From: an uncultured bacterium
Lineage (GTDB): Bacteria; Acidobacteriota; Thermoanaerobaculia; Thermoanaerobaculales; Sulfomarinibacteraceae
NCBI GenBank assembly: GCA_965533305.1
Contig: CBESWV010000002.1
Location: forward strand, 1-52,204
Direction of reading: 5' to 3'
Length of the DNA: 52,204 bases
Part shown: piece after piece, positions 18,035 to 25,833 of the stretch
Layout of the letters: every line of letters begins with the position of its first letter
Numbering within the stretch: the first letter of the stretch is position 1
The notes under the pieces: generated by a model
What the model saw: only the letters and a program-made list of their open reading frames with translations
Told to the model about the DNA's origin: nothing
The model's database searches: none
Made by a program: the position numbers and the translations under genes

Positions 18035-18225
18035 TCTGCCCGCCGGAGTTTGTTTGCGCGGTCGGATTTCGATTCGGCGTTCAACAAAGATTTGGAGGCA
18101 TTATCGGCCGCGAGCGGAGATCTCGTTGTTGCGACAGTGTCTTTATTTGAAGACTCCATGACCCGGCCATGACAAAAAACCCTGCCATTTATGTGCGCTT
18201 CGTCACGTGTTCATTAACTCAAGCA

Positions 18226-18254
18226 TTGATTTGGGAATAAATACCGAATATGCT
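18226..18254 (+). promoter_or_regulatory. Candidate sigma-70 promoter TTGATT-N17-TATGCT inside the cytochrome locus
   Basis: It lies in the AT-richer 340-bp gap between 18034 and 18374, about 120 nt upstream of the tetrahaem gene start. Confidence 0.35.
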
Positions 18255-18373
18255 CCAGCCTGTCGATGGGATTCGACTGAACCTGCGGGCCGTTCGCAAT
18301 CAAACGCGGAGGGCTCACGCCGGCAGCGAGGTTCGAATCGAATTTCACCGGACTCGAGAACGGAGGGCAAAAA

Positions 18374-18988
18374 ATGATGAAGAGAGCGCTTGTGATGAGC
18401 TTTTGCGTGGTCCTGGTGGCGGGAATCGCCAGTGCCCAGATTACCGGCAGCGCACACGACTTCAGTAGCGAGACGTGGTCGAACGGCACCATCTGCCTGC
18501 CGTGCCACACGACCCACGATGGTGAGACCTCCTTTGTCGCGCCGCTGTGGAACCACGAAGTGACCGTGGCCAGCTTTCAGATGTACACCAGCGGCACCCT
18601 CGATGGGGAGGTCGATACGCAGCCGGCCGATGTCTCCAAAGCGTGCCTGTCCTGTCATGACGGCACCGTCGCGCTCGAGAACTTTGGTGGGAACACAACC
18701 GGATCGACCTATATCGACGGTGGCGCCCTGGTCGGAACCGATCTGTCGAACGATCACCCGATCAGCGTGACCTACAGCGCAGGAACGGGTGCGGGTCAGG
18801 ATCCCGAGCTCAACCCGACATCGGCGACCTATGCCGATGGGACCATTGCAGACTATCTCTTCGCCAACAAGGTGGAGTGCGCCACCTGCCACGACGTCCA
18901 CAACGGTGGGGCCGTCGGGGGTAACCCGTCCCTGTTGGTGGAGGATCCGGGTGGCAGCCTGATGTGCATTCGTTGCCACGCGAAGTAG
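18374..18988 (+). CDS. Secreted tetrahaem c-type cytochrome (paralog A)
   Basis: SD GGAGGG, then the signal peptide MMKRALVMSFCVVLVAGIASA. The four haem motifs are CLPCH, CLSCH, CATCH and CIRCH. The signature is CxxCHTTH...APLWNH...CLSCHDGT.AL...DHP.S...CxxCHD.H...C..CHAK. Confidence 0.9.
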   Translation: MMKRALVMSFCVVLVAGIASAQITGSAHDFSSETWSNGTICLPCHTTHDGETSFVAPLWNHEVTVASFQMYTSGTLDGEVDTQPADVSKACLSCHDGTVALENFGGNTTGSTYIDGGALVGTDLSNDHPISVTYSAGTGAGQDPELNPTSATYADGTIADYLFANKVECATCHDVHNGGAVGGNPSLLVEDPGGSLMCIRCHAK

Positions 18989-19001
18989 TCTGATCCCGCT
19001 G

Positions 19002-20081
19002 ATGATGCAAGCTCGCGGCACGGGGGGCGATCGTCTCGCCTCCCGTGTCTTTTTTTGGGTGGTTTCTCCTGGTCGGAGGAACACCGCAATCGGCAGACGA
19101 TTGCTGAATGCGGTCGTCATCTTTGCGGCAACGGTACAGCTTGTCGCCCCGATTGCCCAATCGGCCTCGGTGGTCGATTCGGTGGCGATCGTCAATGGCC
19201 GGCAACTCGAGGCGTGGGAACTCGATCGTGAACTGGCGGTGCGGATTTCGGTTGGAAGCTACCATCGGCAGATCTCCCAGGAGAAGAAGACCGAATTCAG
19301 GTGCGAGTCTCTCAAAGCTCTGGTGCTCAAAGAACTCAAGCGGCAGTGGGCGGGGGAGAACCCCGTCGATGTCGATGAAGCAGCAGAAGAGGCGGCCTGG
19401 CAGGAAGTGCGGGCGCGCTTCACCAGCGAGGGGCAATACCGCTCCGCTCTCGAGACCAAGGGAATCGTCGAGGACGCCTTCCGACTGGCCCTCCGTCGAG
19501 ATGCCGTCGCCGAGGCGGTTGACGAGTCGATCGTTTCCAGCGTCACGTCTCCAAGCGAGACTGAGGTTGAGGTCTTCTTCATCCTCAACAGCGATGACTA
19601 TGTGAACCCGGAAGCCCGGCACGTGACTCACATCCTGGTCCACGTTCCACCGTCCGCGACCGTGGAAACCTGGCAGGCGTCCGAGCAACACGCACGTCAG
19701 CTTGCCGAGGAAGCCCGTCGGGAAAGCCTCCCGCTTCTCGTGGTGGGTGAGTCCGATCTCGAGAGCCTCCCTCCTCGGTTTCGCGATGAGGTCGGCGATA
19801 TCGGCTTTGTCCACCGTGGATCGCTGTTGCCCGCCGTCGATGAGGCGGTCTTCTCGGCGGAGGTTGGAGAGGTGATCGAGCCGGTGAAATCGATCTACGG
19901 TTATCATGTGTTGCAAGTGATCAGCACACGTCAATCAAAACCGATCGAACTCGCTGCCGTGCGGGCTGCAGTGGAGGAGCGAATTACGCGGGAGAAGAGA
20001 CAGCATCGGCTCGACGAATTCGAGTTTCAGTTGTTTGACCTTGCGACGATCGAGGTTCTCGAATGCGTCGAGAGATTCTGA
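19002..20081 (+). CDS. Parvulin-type peptidyl-prolyl isomerase (SurA/PpiD/PrsA-like), N-terminal anchor
   Basis: A SurA-like N-terminal chaperone region is followed by the parvulin core ARHVTHILVHV...GDIGFVHRGSLLPAVDEAVFSAEVGEVIEPVKSIYGYHVLQV. Confidence 0.8.
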   Translation: MMQARGTGGDRLASRVFFWVVSPGRRNTAIGRRLLNAVVIFAATVQLVAPIAQSASVVDSVAIVNGRQLEAWELDRELAVRISVGSYHRQISQEKKTEFRCESLKALVLKELKRQWAGENPVDVDEAAEEAAWQEVRARFTSEGQYRSALETKGIVEDAFRLALRRDAVAEAVDESIVSSVTSPSETEVEVFFILNSDDYVNPEARHVTHILVHVPPSATVETWQASEQHARQLAEEARRESLPLLVVGESDLESLPPRFRDEVGDIGFVHRGSLLPAVDEAVFSAEVGEVIEPVKSIYGYHVLQVISTRQSKPIELAAVRAAVEERITREKRQHRLDEFEFQLFDLATIEVLECVERF

Positions 20082-21823
20082 ACCTCGTAGCTCGCCGGCT
20101 CTGCGCTGGGGTCTGTCTGTGGTGCTTTGCCGGGTCCGCCTGGGCCTCGAGCGGGGCGACCTTCACGCTGGGCCTCTCGGCGGAGTACCTGAGCGACTCG
20201 CAGGAATACGCCGGCGTTTCCACCAAGCGATCGAATCTCCAAACCGTCCTCTGGGCGGCCGTTGTCGGTCACCTCGTCGATCCGAGATTCATGACCTTTG
20301 ATGCCAGTGTTGCAAAGACTCTGTCGAATCAGACGATTTCCGGCCAACAGGACAATGAGGTCGACGACACCTACTACGACGGGTCGCTGCGGTTCTTCAA
20401 CAACCGTGCGATTTCGTTCGAAGTCGGTGCGGGCCGTCAGGGAACCGACGTCACCGGTCTCCAACAGGGGGCGATCGTCGATGGGGTGCGCAGCTATCAG
20501 CGGTACGGCCTGCGAGCCCTCGGCGGCCAGTGGTTCCGTCTCAATCTTCGGCACTGGGAGCAGAGCTTCGCCGCGGACCAGCCGGACACGCTGCGTGATG
20601 AGGACTCCGCCTGGAGCGAGCTGTCGACCCAGGCGGCCGTCGGCAAAGTCGATGCCATGCTGCAGCTTCTGTGGAAGGAGAACAATCTCTTCGGGGATGG
20701 TCTTCAGCAGGAGATCGGATCCGGACGGTTCGACCTCGACATCAACCGGACCGGGCGGGTCTACTGGCACACCGACCTCATTGGAAATGTCTACCGTTCC
20801 GCCCAGAATCACGAAGAGTTCTCGCCGTGGACGACGAATTACCTGTTCAGAAACCAGTTGCGCCACCGATACAGTCAACACGGATTCTGGGATCTCAGGG
20901 CGGATATGCGGGTAGTCCGCGTCGACACCGAGCCGGTTGAGGAGGTCATCACCGGAAACGCCTCGGCCAACCTCGTGGCACCGCTGAGCCCGTCGACCTT
21001 TCTCGAGGCCGAACTCGGCTATCTCAGCAACGAGTACGGTGACGGCCTGCGGCTGACCCAGCCCCGGGCGGGCCTCGGGCTGAGGTGGGGTCAGCAGTTC
21101 GGCCGCTGGTGGGTGTCGTTCTACCCCCGGGTGACCTATCTCAGAGCCGACCCGGAGGAACTCGAGCAGGAGTCGGCCTTCGGCTCGCTGATCTTCGGGT
21201 CCGTTCGCTACCAACTTCCCCGTTCGAGTGTGACCTTGGAGGGCGAATACTTCGACAACCAACTCTCGATCCCGGACTACAGCGTCGGCGAACCCCCCAT
21301 CGGGAGCGCGTTTCTCGCAGGTCTCGACCGGCGGCGCTACCGCGGACGGGTGATCTTCGAGTATCGGCCCACCCGCCGAGCCGCGTTCTCGCTCGACTTT
21401 GACTATCGCAACCGGGTGCGGGTGGATCGTGGGTTCGAGATCGAGGAAGATGTAGCCCGCGCCCAGCTCAACATGGCGCTTGGACGGGTGACCATCGGAG
21501 CCTCCGCCGACCGGTTCGAGATGGTCGGAAGCGAGATCCCGACCTTGACCGATGTGTGGCAGGCGAACATCAGCTGGGGTCCGACGTACTGGTTGCTCTT
21601 CGACGGGTTCGTACGCTCCGAGGAGCGCAGGATCTTCGATCATATTGGCACGTACGAGTTCGCAGAGCTCGGAGTGCGATTCAACTACGCCAAGCTTTCA
21701 TTCTATGCTCGGGTGCGAGAGCAGCGAACCGAGGAGGCGGGACTCGAACAGCGCCGATTTCGACGGATTTGGGTCGGTGTGAGGCGTTTGTTCAACATCA
21801 GAGCCGGAGACAACCGAAGATGA
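20063..21823 (+). CDS. Putative outer-membrane beta-barrel protein (porin-like component of the cytochrome locus)
   Basis: Signal peptide MRREILNLVARRLCAGVCLWCFAGSAWA. The 586-aa sequence is rich in alternating hydrophobic/polar stretches and aromatic girdle residues (VSFYPRVTYLRA, LIFGSVRYQL, VTLEGEYFDN, AFSLDFDYRNR). It overlaps both neighbours (19 nt upstream, ATGA downstream). Confidence 0.6.
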   Translation: MRREILNLVARRLCAGVCLWCFAGSAWASSGATFTLGLSAEYLSDSQEYAGVSTKRSNLQTVLWAAVVGHLVDPRFMTFDASVAKTLSNQTISGQQDNEVDDTYYDGSLRFFNNRAISFEVGAGRQGTDVTGLQQGAIVDGVRSYQRYGLRALGGQWFRLNLRHWEQSFAADQPDTLRDEDSAWSELSTQAAVGKVDAMLQLLWKENNLFGDGLQQEIGSGRFDLDINRTGRVYWHTDLIGNVYRSAQNHEEFSPWTTNYLFRNQLRHRYSQHGFWDLRADMRVVRVDTEPVEEVITGNASANLVAPLSPSTFLEAELGYLSNEYGDGLRLTQPRAGLGLRWGQQFGRWWVSFYPRVTYLRADPEELEQESAFGSLIFGSVRYQLPRSSVTLEGEYFDNQLSIPDYSVGEPPIGSAFLAGLDRRRYRGRVIFEYRPTRRAAFSLDFDYRNRVRVDRGFEIEEDVARAQLNMALGRVTIGASADRFEMVGSEIPTLTDVWQANISWGPTYWLLFDGFVRSEERRIFDHIGTYEFAELGVRFNYAKLSFYARVREQRTEEAGLEQRRFRRIWVGVRRLFNIRAGDNRR

Positions 21824-22827
21824 GGACGCAACGATTCGCACTCGTAATTCTCCTAGCAGCGGGTTGCCTGCCGTCGCGGGCGATCTGTGCCGAGGGCCCG
21901 GTCTGGCCGCCCCCCGGAGCTGAGGCTCCGGCCGAGGTTGCCTGGCAGGCCATCGTCGAGGAGTTCCGCCCCAAGGGCCTGGGACGATTCTTCCGCGCGG
22001 TGGCAGGCGCAGAGCGACATCAGCAGGCGTGGACTCTGCCGCGGCCCGTCGCCGTGGCTCTCGCCAAAGACCGGGTCTTCGTGGTGGACACGGCCATGAG
22101 CTGGGTGATCGGCGGCAAGACCGATGGAAGCTCCGCGGTCAAGCTGAAGCTGCCTGACGGTGTGCAACCGGTCGCTATCGCCTCGACCCCGGATGGGAAT
22201 CGGATCCTGGTCGCGGATCGGGAACTCGGAGTCGTCTTCGCTTTCGACCTCAAAGGCTCGCTGCTCGGCGAAGTCGTGGGTCGAGATTTGGTGCAGCGTT
22301 GTGGTGGGATCGCCGCGTGTGCGAATGGCGATGTGTTGATCACCGATGCTGAGGCCGGTCAGGTCGTTCGTGTCTCCACCGATGGACTCGAGGTGGCCAG
22401 GTCGGGCGGGCGTGGAACCGGCGATGGAGAGTTCAACACTCCGACCGCTGTTGCCGAAGCACCGGACGGCACGGTTTGGGTCCTCGATCCCTTCAATTTC
22501 CGGGTCCAGCAGCTCGACGCCGAACTTCAATACCTGTCTCAGTTCGGCCAGCACGGGGATGGGTCCGGGCATTTTGCCCTTGCCAAGGGGCTGGCGATTG
22601 ATCCCGACGGCCATATCTATGTGTCCGACGCACGCTTTGATGCAGTTCAGGTCTTTGACGGGGAGGGGCAGCTTCTCCTGATCATCGGTGGTCGTGGTTT
22701 CTCAGCGGGCGAATTCTGGACACCCGGAGGTCTCGCCATCGATCGACGCGGTCATCTGGCCGTGGCGGATACCGGGAATCGACGGATCCAACTCATGCGC
22801 TACCAGCGAAGGGAAAACCAGAAATGA
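21820..22827 (+). CDS. NHL-repeat beta-propeller lipoprotein (paralog 2)
   Basis: ATG 21820 overlaps the upstream stop (ATGA). The start is MRTQRFALVILLAAGC, with a lipobox. NHL blades include GEFNTPTAVAEAPDGTVWVLDPFNFRVQQLD, IYVSDARFDAVQVFD and LAVADTGNRRIQLMRY. Confidence 0.85.
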   Translation: MRTQRFALVILLAAGCLPSRAICAEGPVWPPPGAEAPAEVAWQAIVEEFRPKGLGRFFRAVAGAERHQQAWTLPRPVAVALAKDRVFVVDTAMSWVIGGKTDGSSAVKLKLPDGVQPVAIASTPDGNRILVADRELGVVFAFDLKGSLLGEVVGRDLVQRCGGIAACANGDVLITDAEAGQVVRVSTDGLEVARSGGRGTGDGEFNTPTAVAEAPDGTVWVLDPFNFRVQQLDAELQYLSQFGQHGDGSGHFALAKGLAIDPDGHIYVSDARFDAVQVFDGEGQLLLIIGGRGFSAGEFWTPGGLAIDRRGHLAVADTGNRRIQLMRYQRRENQK

Positions 22828-23477
22828 GACGCGCGGCAATCACCCTGACGATGGTATTGGGTTTGGCTGTTCTGGCCTGGTCCCAGGAAAGCATACGCGA
22901 CACCCCTCACAATCTTTCCGTGACCGGTCCGGGCACCGTCAGGGCGGTGTCCGAAACCAGGGTGTGTGTCTTCTGTCACACGACCCACAACGCCGCCTTC
23001 CATGCGCCGTTGTGGAATCGGGAGAACCCGGGAGGCAGCTACCAGATGTACTGGAGCGAGACCATGGACGCCTATGGATCCTCGGGGGAGGCGCCGCAGC
23101 CCAATGGTTCGTCGAAACTCTGCCTTTCCTGCCACGACGGAACCATTGCACTCGGATCGACGGTTTCGTCGGGTCGTATCGAGATGCGTGGAGGAATCAC
23201 GACCATGCCGTCGACCTCGGAATCAAATCTCGGCCGAGACCTCAGCGGTGATCACCCGGTCTCCTTCACGGTGACGGACCACCTGGTCACGACCAACAAT
23301 TCCAAGGGCGATGTCCCTCTGAGATCGTTGTCGGAGATGCGGAACCACCCCCTCGCGAAGCTCGACAAGGAGAATCGCATCCAGTGCACGACCTGCCACG
23401 ATCCCCATCGCGACCCTTATGGAAATTTCCTTCTCACCGCAAAACCGGGGGAGCTATGCATCGCGTGTCATTCCTGA
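22824..23477 (+). CDS. Secreted tetrahaem c-type cytochrome (paralog B)
   Basis: ATGA overlap with the upstream gene. Signal peptide MRRAAITLTMVLGLAVLAWS. Haem motifs are CVFCH, CLSCH, CTTCH and CIACH. It shares the signature of 18374-18988 (CHTTH, APLWNRE, CLSCHDGTIAL, DHPVS). Confidence 0.9.
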   Translation: MRRAAITLTMVLGLAVLAWSQESIRDTPHNLSVTGPGTVRAVSETRVCVFCHTTHNAAFHAPLWNRENPGGSYQMYWSETMDAYGSSGEAPQPNGSSKLCLSCHDGTIALGSTVSSGRIEMRGGITTMPSTSESNLGRDLSGDHPVSFTVTDHLVTTNNSKGDVPLRSLSEMRNHPLAKLDKENRIQCTTCHDPHRDPYGNFLLTAKPGELCIACHS

Positions 23478-24586
23478 GGACTGCTGCGGCGGCGATTGTC
23501 CTGATCGCCCCGGTGGCCTCGGCCGTTGATCTCGGCAAGCACTTCGAGCCGGGCAAGCTCGCCGAAGACTGTACACCGTGCCATCAGGGTCACGGGGCCG
23601 CCCGAACACCCATGTTGACGACCGAGAGCGACCTCATGTGCATTGAGTGCCACCAGACGGGCGCAGCTGAGCCCGGCCGGCGTGAAGCACTTGGAATGGA
23701 CTCCGGCGCCGATCCGGCGGACATCCGTGTGGAAATGGTCAAACCGGTGATCCACCGCGGGGCGCGTTGTATAGACTGCCACAGTGTTCATGGCATCGGC
23801 CGGCTTCAGGGGGCGCCTGGGGCCAACCTCAATCTCGGACGGCAGAAGCCTTCGCCGAAACGGGGCTTCGCCAGCGAGGCGAATCTCTGCCTTTCGTGTC
23901 ACGGAACCCGGTCGACAATGGTCTCGGATCCTCATGACATCGGTCTGCTCTTTGATTCGAGGAATCCCTCGTTCCACCCGGTCCTCGCCATCGGTGTCGG
24001 CGAGGTCCCAAGCCTCTTGCCTCCATTGACACCTGATTCCCTCATCAACTGTTCTGATTGCCACACAAACGATGATGTCCGTGGTGCGCGTGGACCGCAC
24101 GGGAGCCGAGTGCCGGGGCTGCTCGGCGCCGACTACTCATTGCAGGATGGGCAGCCGGAATCGGAGGCCGGATACGCTCTGTGCTATCAGTGCCACGATC
24201 GGAAAATCGTCCTCGATTCCGATCCCTTCCCATACCACCGACTGCACGTTGTGGACCAACGAACCGCGTGCGTCCTGTGCCACGATGCGCACGGTGCGAC
24301 CGCTGGGCGGGCCCTCATTCGCTTCAACGAACCCACGGCGATCACCGGCGTTCTGGCCTCGAGTTCTGGGCGGCTCGAATACAGTTCTGAGGCGGCGGGG
24401 ATGGGGGGCTGCTATCTCACCTGCCACGGCGTTGATCACGACCCCCTCGGTTATGGGCCCATGTTCACAACCAAAGGCCGCCCCAGGTTTGTCGATCCCA
24501 ATCGTGATGGGGCCCTGGGTCGGCATCCGGCCGGCACCCAGGCGGCGCCGCGAGCGGGCACCAGATCCGACGGCAGGAAACAGTGA
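23456..24586 (+). CDS. Octahaem-type c cytochrome (7 CxxCH + 1 CxxxCH)
   Basis: ATG 23456 follows GGGGGA. Signal peptide MHRVSFLRTAAAAIVLIAPVASA. The motifs are CTPCH, CIECH, CIDCH, CLSCH, CSDCH, CYQCH and CVLCH, plus CYLTCH at 24410-24427. Confidence 0.9.
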   Translation: MHRVSFLRTAAAAIVLIAPVASAVDLGKHFEPGKLAEDCTPCHQGHGAARTPMLTTESDLMCIECHQTGAAEPGRREALGMDSGADPADIRVEMVKPVIHRGARCIDCHSVHGIGRLQGAPGANLNLGRQKPSPKRGFASEANLCLSCHGTRSTMVSDPHDIGLLFDSRNPSFHPVLAIGVGEVPSLLPPLTPDSLINCSDCHTNDDVRGARGPHGSRVPGLLGADYSLQDGQPESEAGYALCYQCHDRKIVLDSDPFPYHRLHVVDQRTACVLCHDAHGATAGRALIRFNEPTAITGVLASSSGRLEYSSEAAGMGGCYLTCHGVDHDPLGYGPMFTTKGRPRFVDPNRDGALGRHPAGTQAAPRAGTRSDGRKQ

Positions 24587-24819
24587 GGCTTCAAAACACC
24601 ACCCTCGCTGATACGGTCCTGTCCGCGAGTTCGAGTGGGTCCGTGATCCAAGGCACTGAAAGTGGATGGCCTCTTTCGCGACAATCAATAATCGGAACGG
24701 TTCCCGTTAAAGAGTGTGATTCGGTTTCGAGAAAGGAAAACGGAGTGAGACGCCCACCAACGAAGGATGGCGACCCGAGGGGCGCGAGCGCACGCTGGAA
24801 TGGCTCCGCGCGGTCAGGG

Positions 24820-25833
24820 ATGACCGCCCGAGTGACAGTGCTCATTGCTGTCGGCGTGATCATCCTCGGACTGCCGGGAACGACGTCCGCACAGCTGTGT
24901 AACTGGGACGGCACACCGATGCTGCCGCCACCTGAAGTCGATGCTCTGGGCACACAGCTGGAGATCCTGCGGGCCCCGGCCCGTCTGGCGGTCGACTCCG
25001 CCGACAACGTCTACGTCACCGATCCGACCCGGGGAACGATCGTGGTCATGGATGTCTACGGAGACGTCATCGAAATGCGCAGTGGATTGGGGGCTCCCCT
25101 GACCGTCGCGGTGGACGCCTTTGACAACATCTACGTGGGCGATGACGCGACAGGACGGATCGACATCTTCGATTCTCTGTGGCAGCACGCTGGCGTCCTC
25201 GGTAGCGGTGCGGGGGAGTTCATGGCCGCAACCGATATCGCCATCGATCCGGATCCAGGTTTTGGTTTTGTCTTCGTCTCCGATGGTGAGGCGAACCTGA
25301 TCAAGGTCTACGGTCCCGATGGCCAGATGGTCCGATCATTCGGAGGCTCTGGAACTGGTCCGGGAGAGTTCGATTTTCCGTCAGCCGTTTGGGTGAGTCC
25401 GTACGGTGAGGTCTATGTCGGAGACCAGAACAATGATCGTGTCCAGGTTTTCGATCGTGACGGTGCTTTTCTTCGCTGCTTCGGGGCTCAGGGCGGGGGA
25501 AACCGAAACTTCGGCCGGATCCAGGGTCTGACAGGGGACCTCGATGGCAGAATCTATGTCGCCGATGCGTTCCAGAGCCATGTCAAGGTCCTCGACGGCG
25601 CCGGTGCGGATCTCGGGACCATCGGCAGCCTGGGAGATCGTTCCGGTCAGTTCCGGACCCCCTTCGGCGTGGTGATAGATAGCACCAACCGGCTGTTCGT
25701 GTCATCAGTGAACAGCGGTCGGCTCGAGGTCTTTGGGTTGGACGACTACGGAGTCGTTCCTCCCTCCGGCCTGATCTTCAACGACGGATTTGAATCTGGA
25801 GATGTTCATGCCTGGTCTGAAGCTGTTCCGTAG
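24820..25833 (+). CDS. NHL-repeat beta-propeller protein (paralog 3), secreted
   Basis: MTARVTVLIAVGVIILGLPGTTSA is a signal peptide. Six NHL blades are present (VYVTDPTRGTIVVMD, IYVGDDATGRIDIFD, VFVSDGEANLIKVYG, VYVGDQNNDRVQVFD, IYVADAFQSHVKVLD, LFVSSVNSGRLEVFG). An alternative GTG start is at 24745. Confidence 0.8.
   Translation: MTARVTVLIAVGVIILGLPGTTSAQLCNWDGTPMLPPPEVDALGTQLEILRAPARLAVDSADNVYVTDPTRGTIVVMDVYGDVIEMRSGLGAPLTVAVDAFDNIYVGDDATGRIDIFDSLWQHAGVLGSGAGEFMAATDIAIDPDPGFGFVFVSDGEANLIKVYGPDGQMVRSFGGSGTGPGEFDFPSAVWVSPYGEVYVGDQNNDRVQVFDRDGAFLRCFGAQGGGNRNFGRIQGLTGDLDGRIYVADAFQSHVKVLDGAGADLGTIGSLGDRSGQFRTPFGVVIDSTNRLFVSSVNSGRLEVFGLDDYGVVPPSGLIFNDGFESGDVHAWSEAVP

Noticed and set aside
18203-19934. 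330-aa (18203-19195) and 374-aa (18810-19934) minus-strand ORFs across the tetrahaem and PPIase genes
   Set aside because: They are antisense shadows. The plus-strand genes have an SD, signal peptides, haem motifs and a parvulin core.
20027-21643. 538-aa ORF on the minus strand, antisense to the putative barrel gene
   Set aside because: Its composition is Arg/Gly/Pro/Glu-rich and low in information, typical of antisense frames in GC-rich DNA. It has no signal or recognisable motif. The plus-strand frame has a signal peptide and stop/start coupling with both neighbours.
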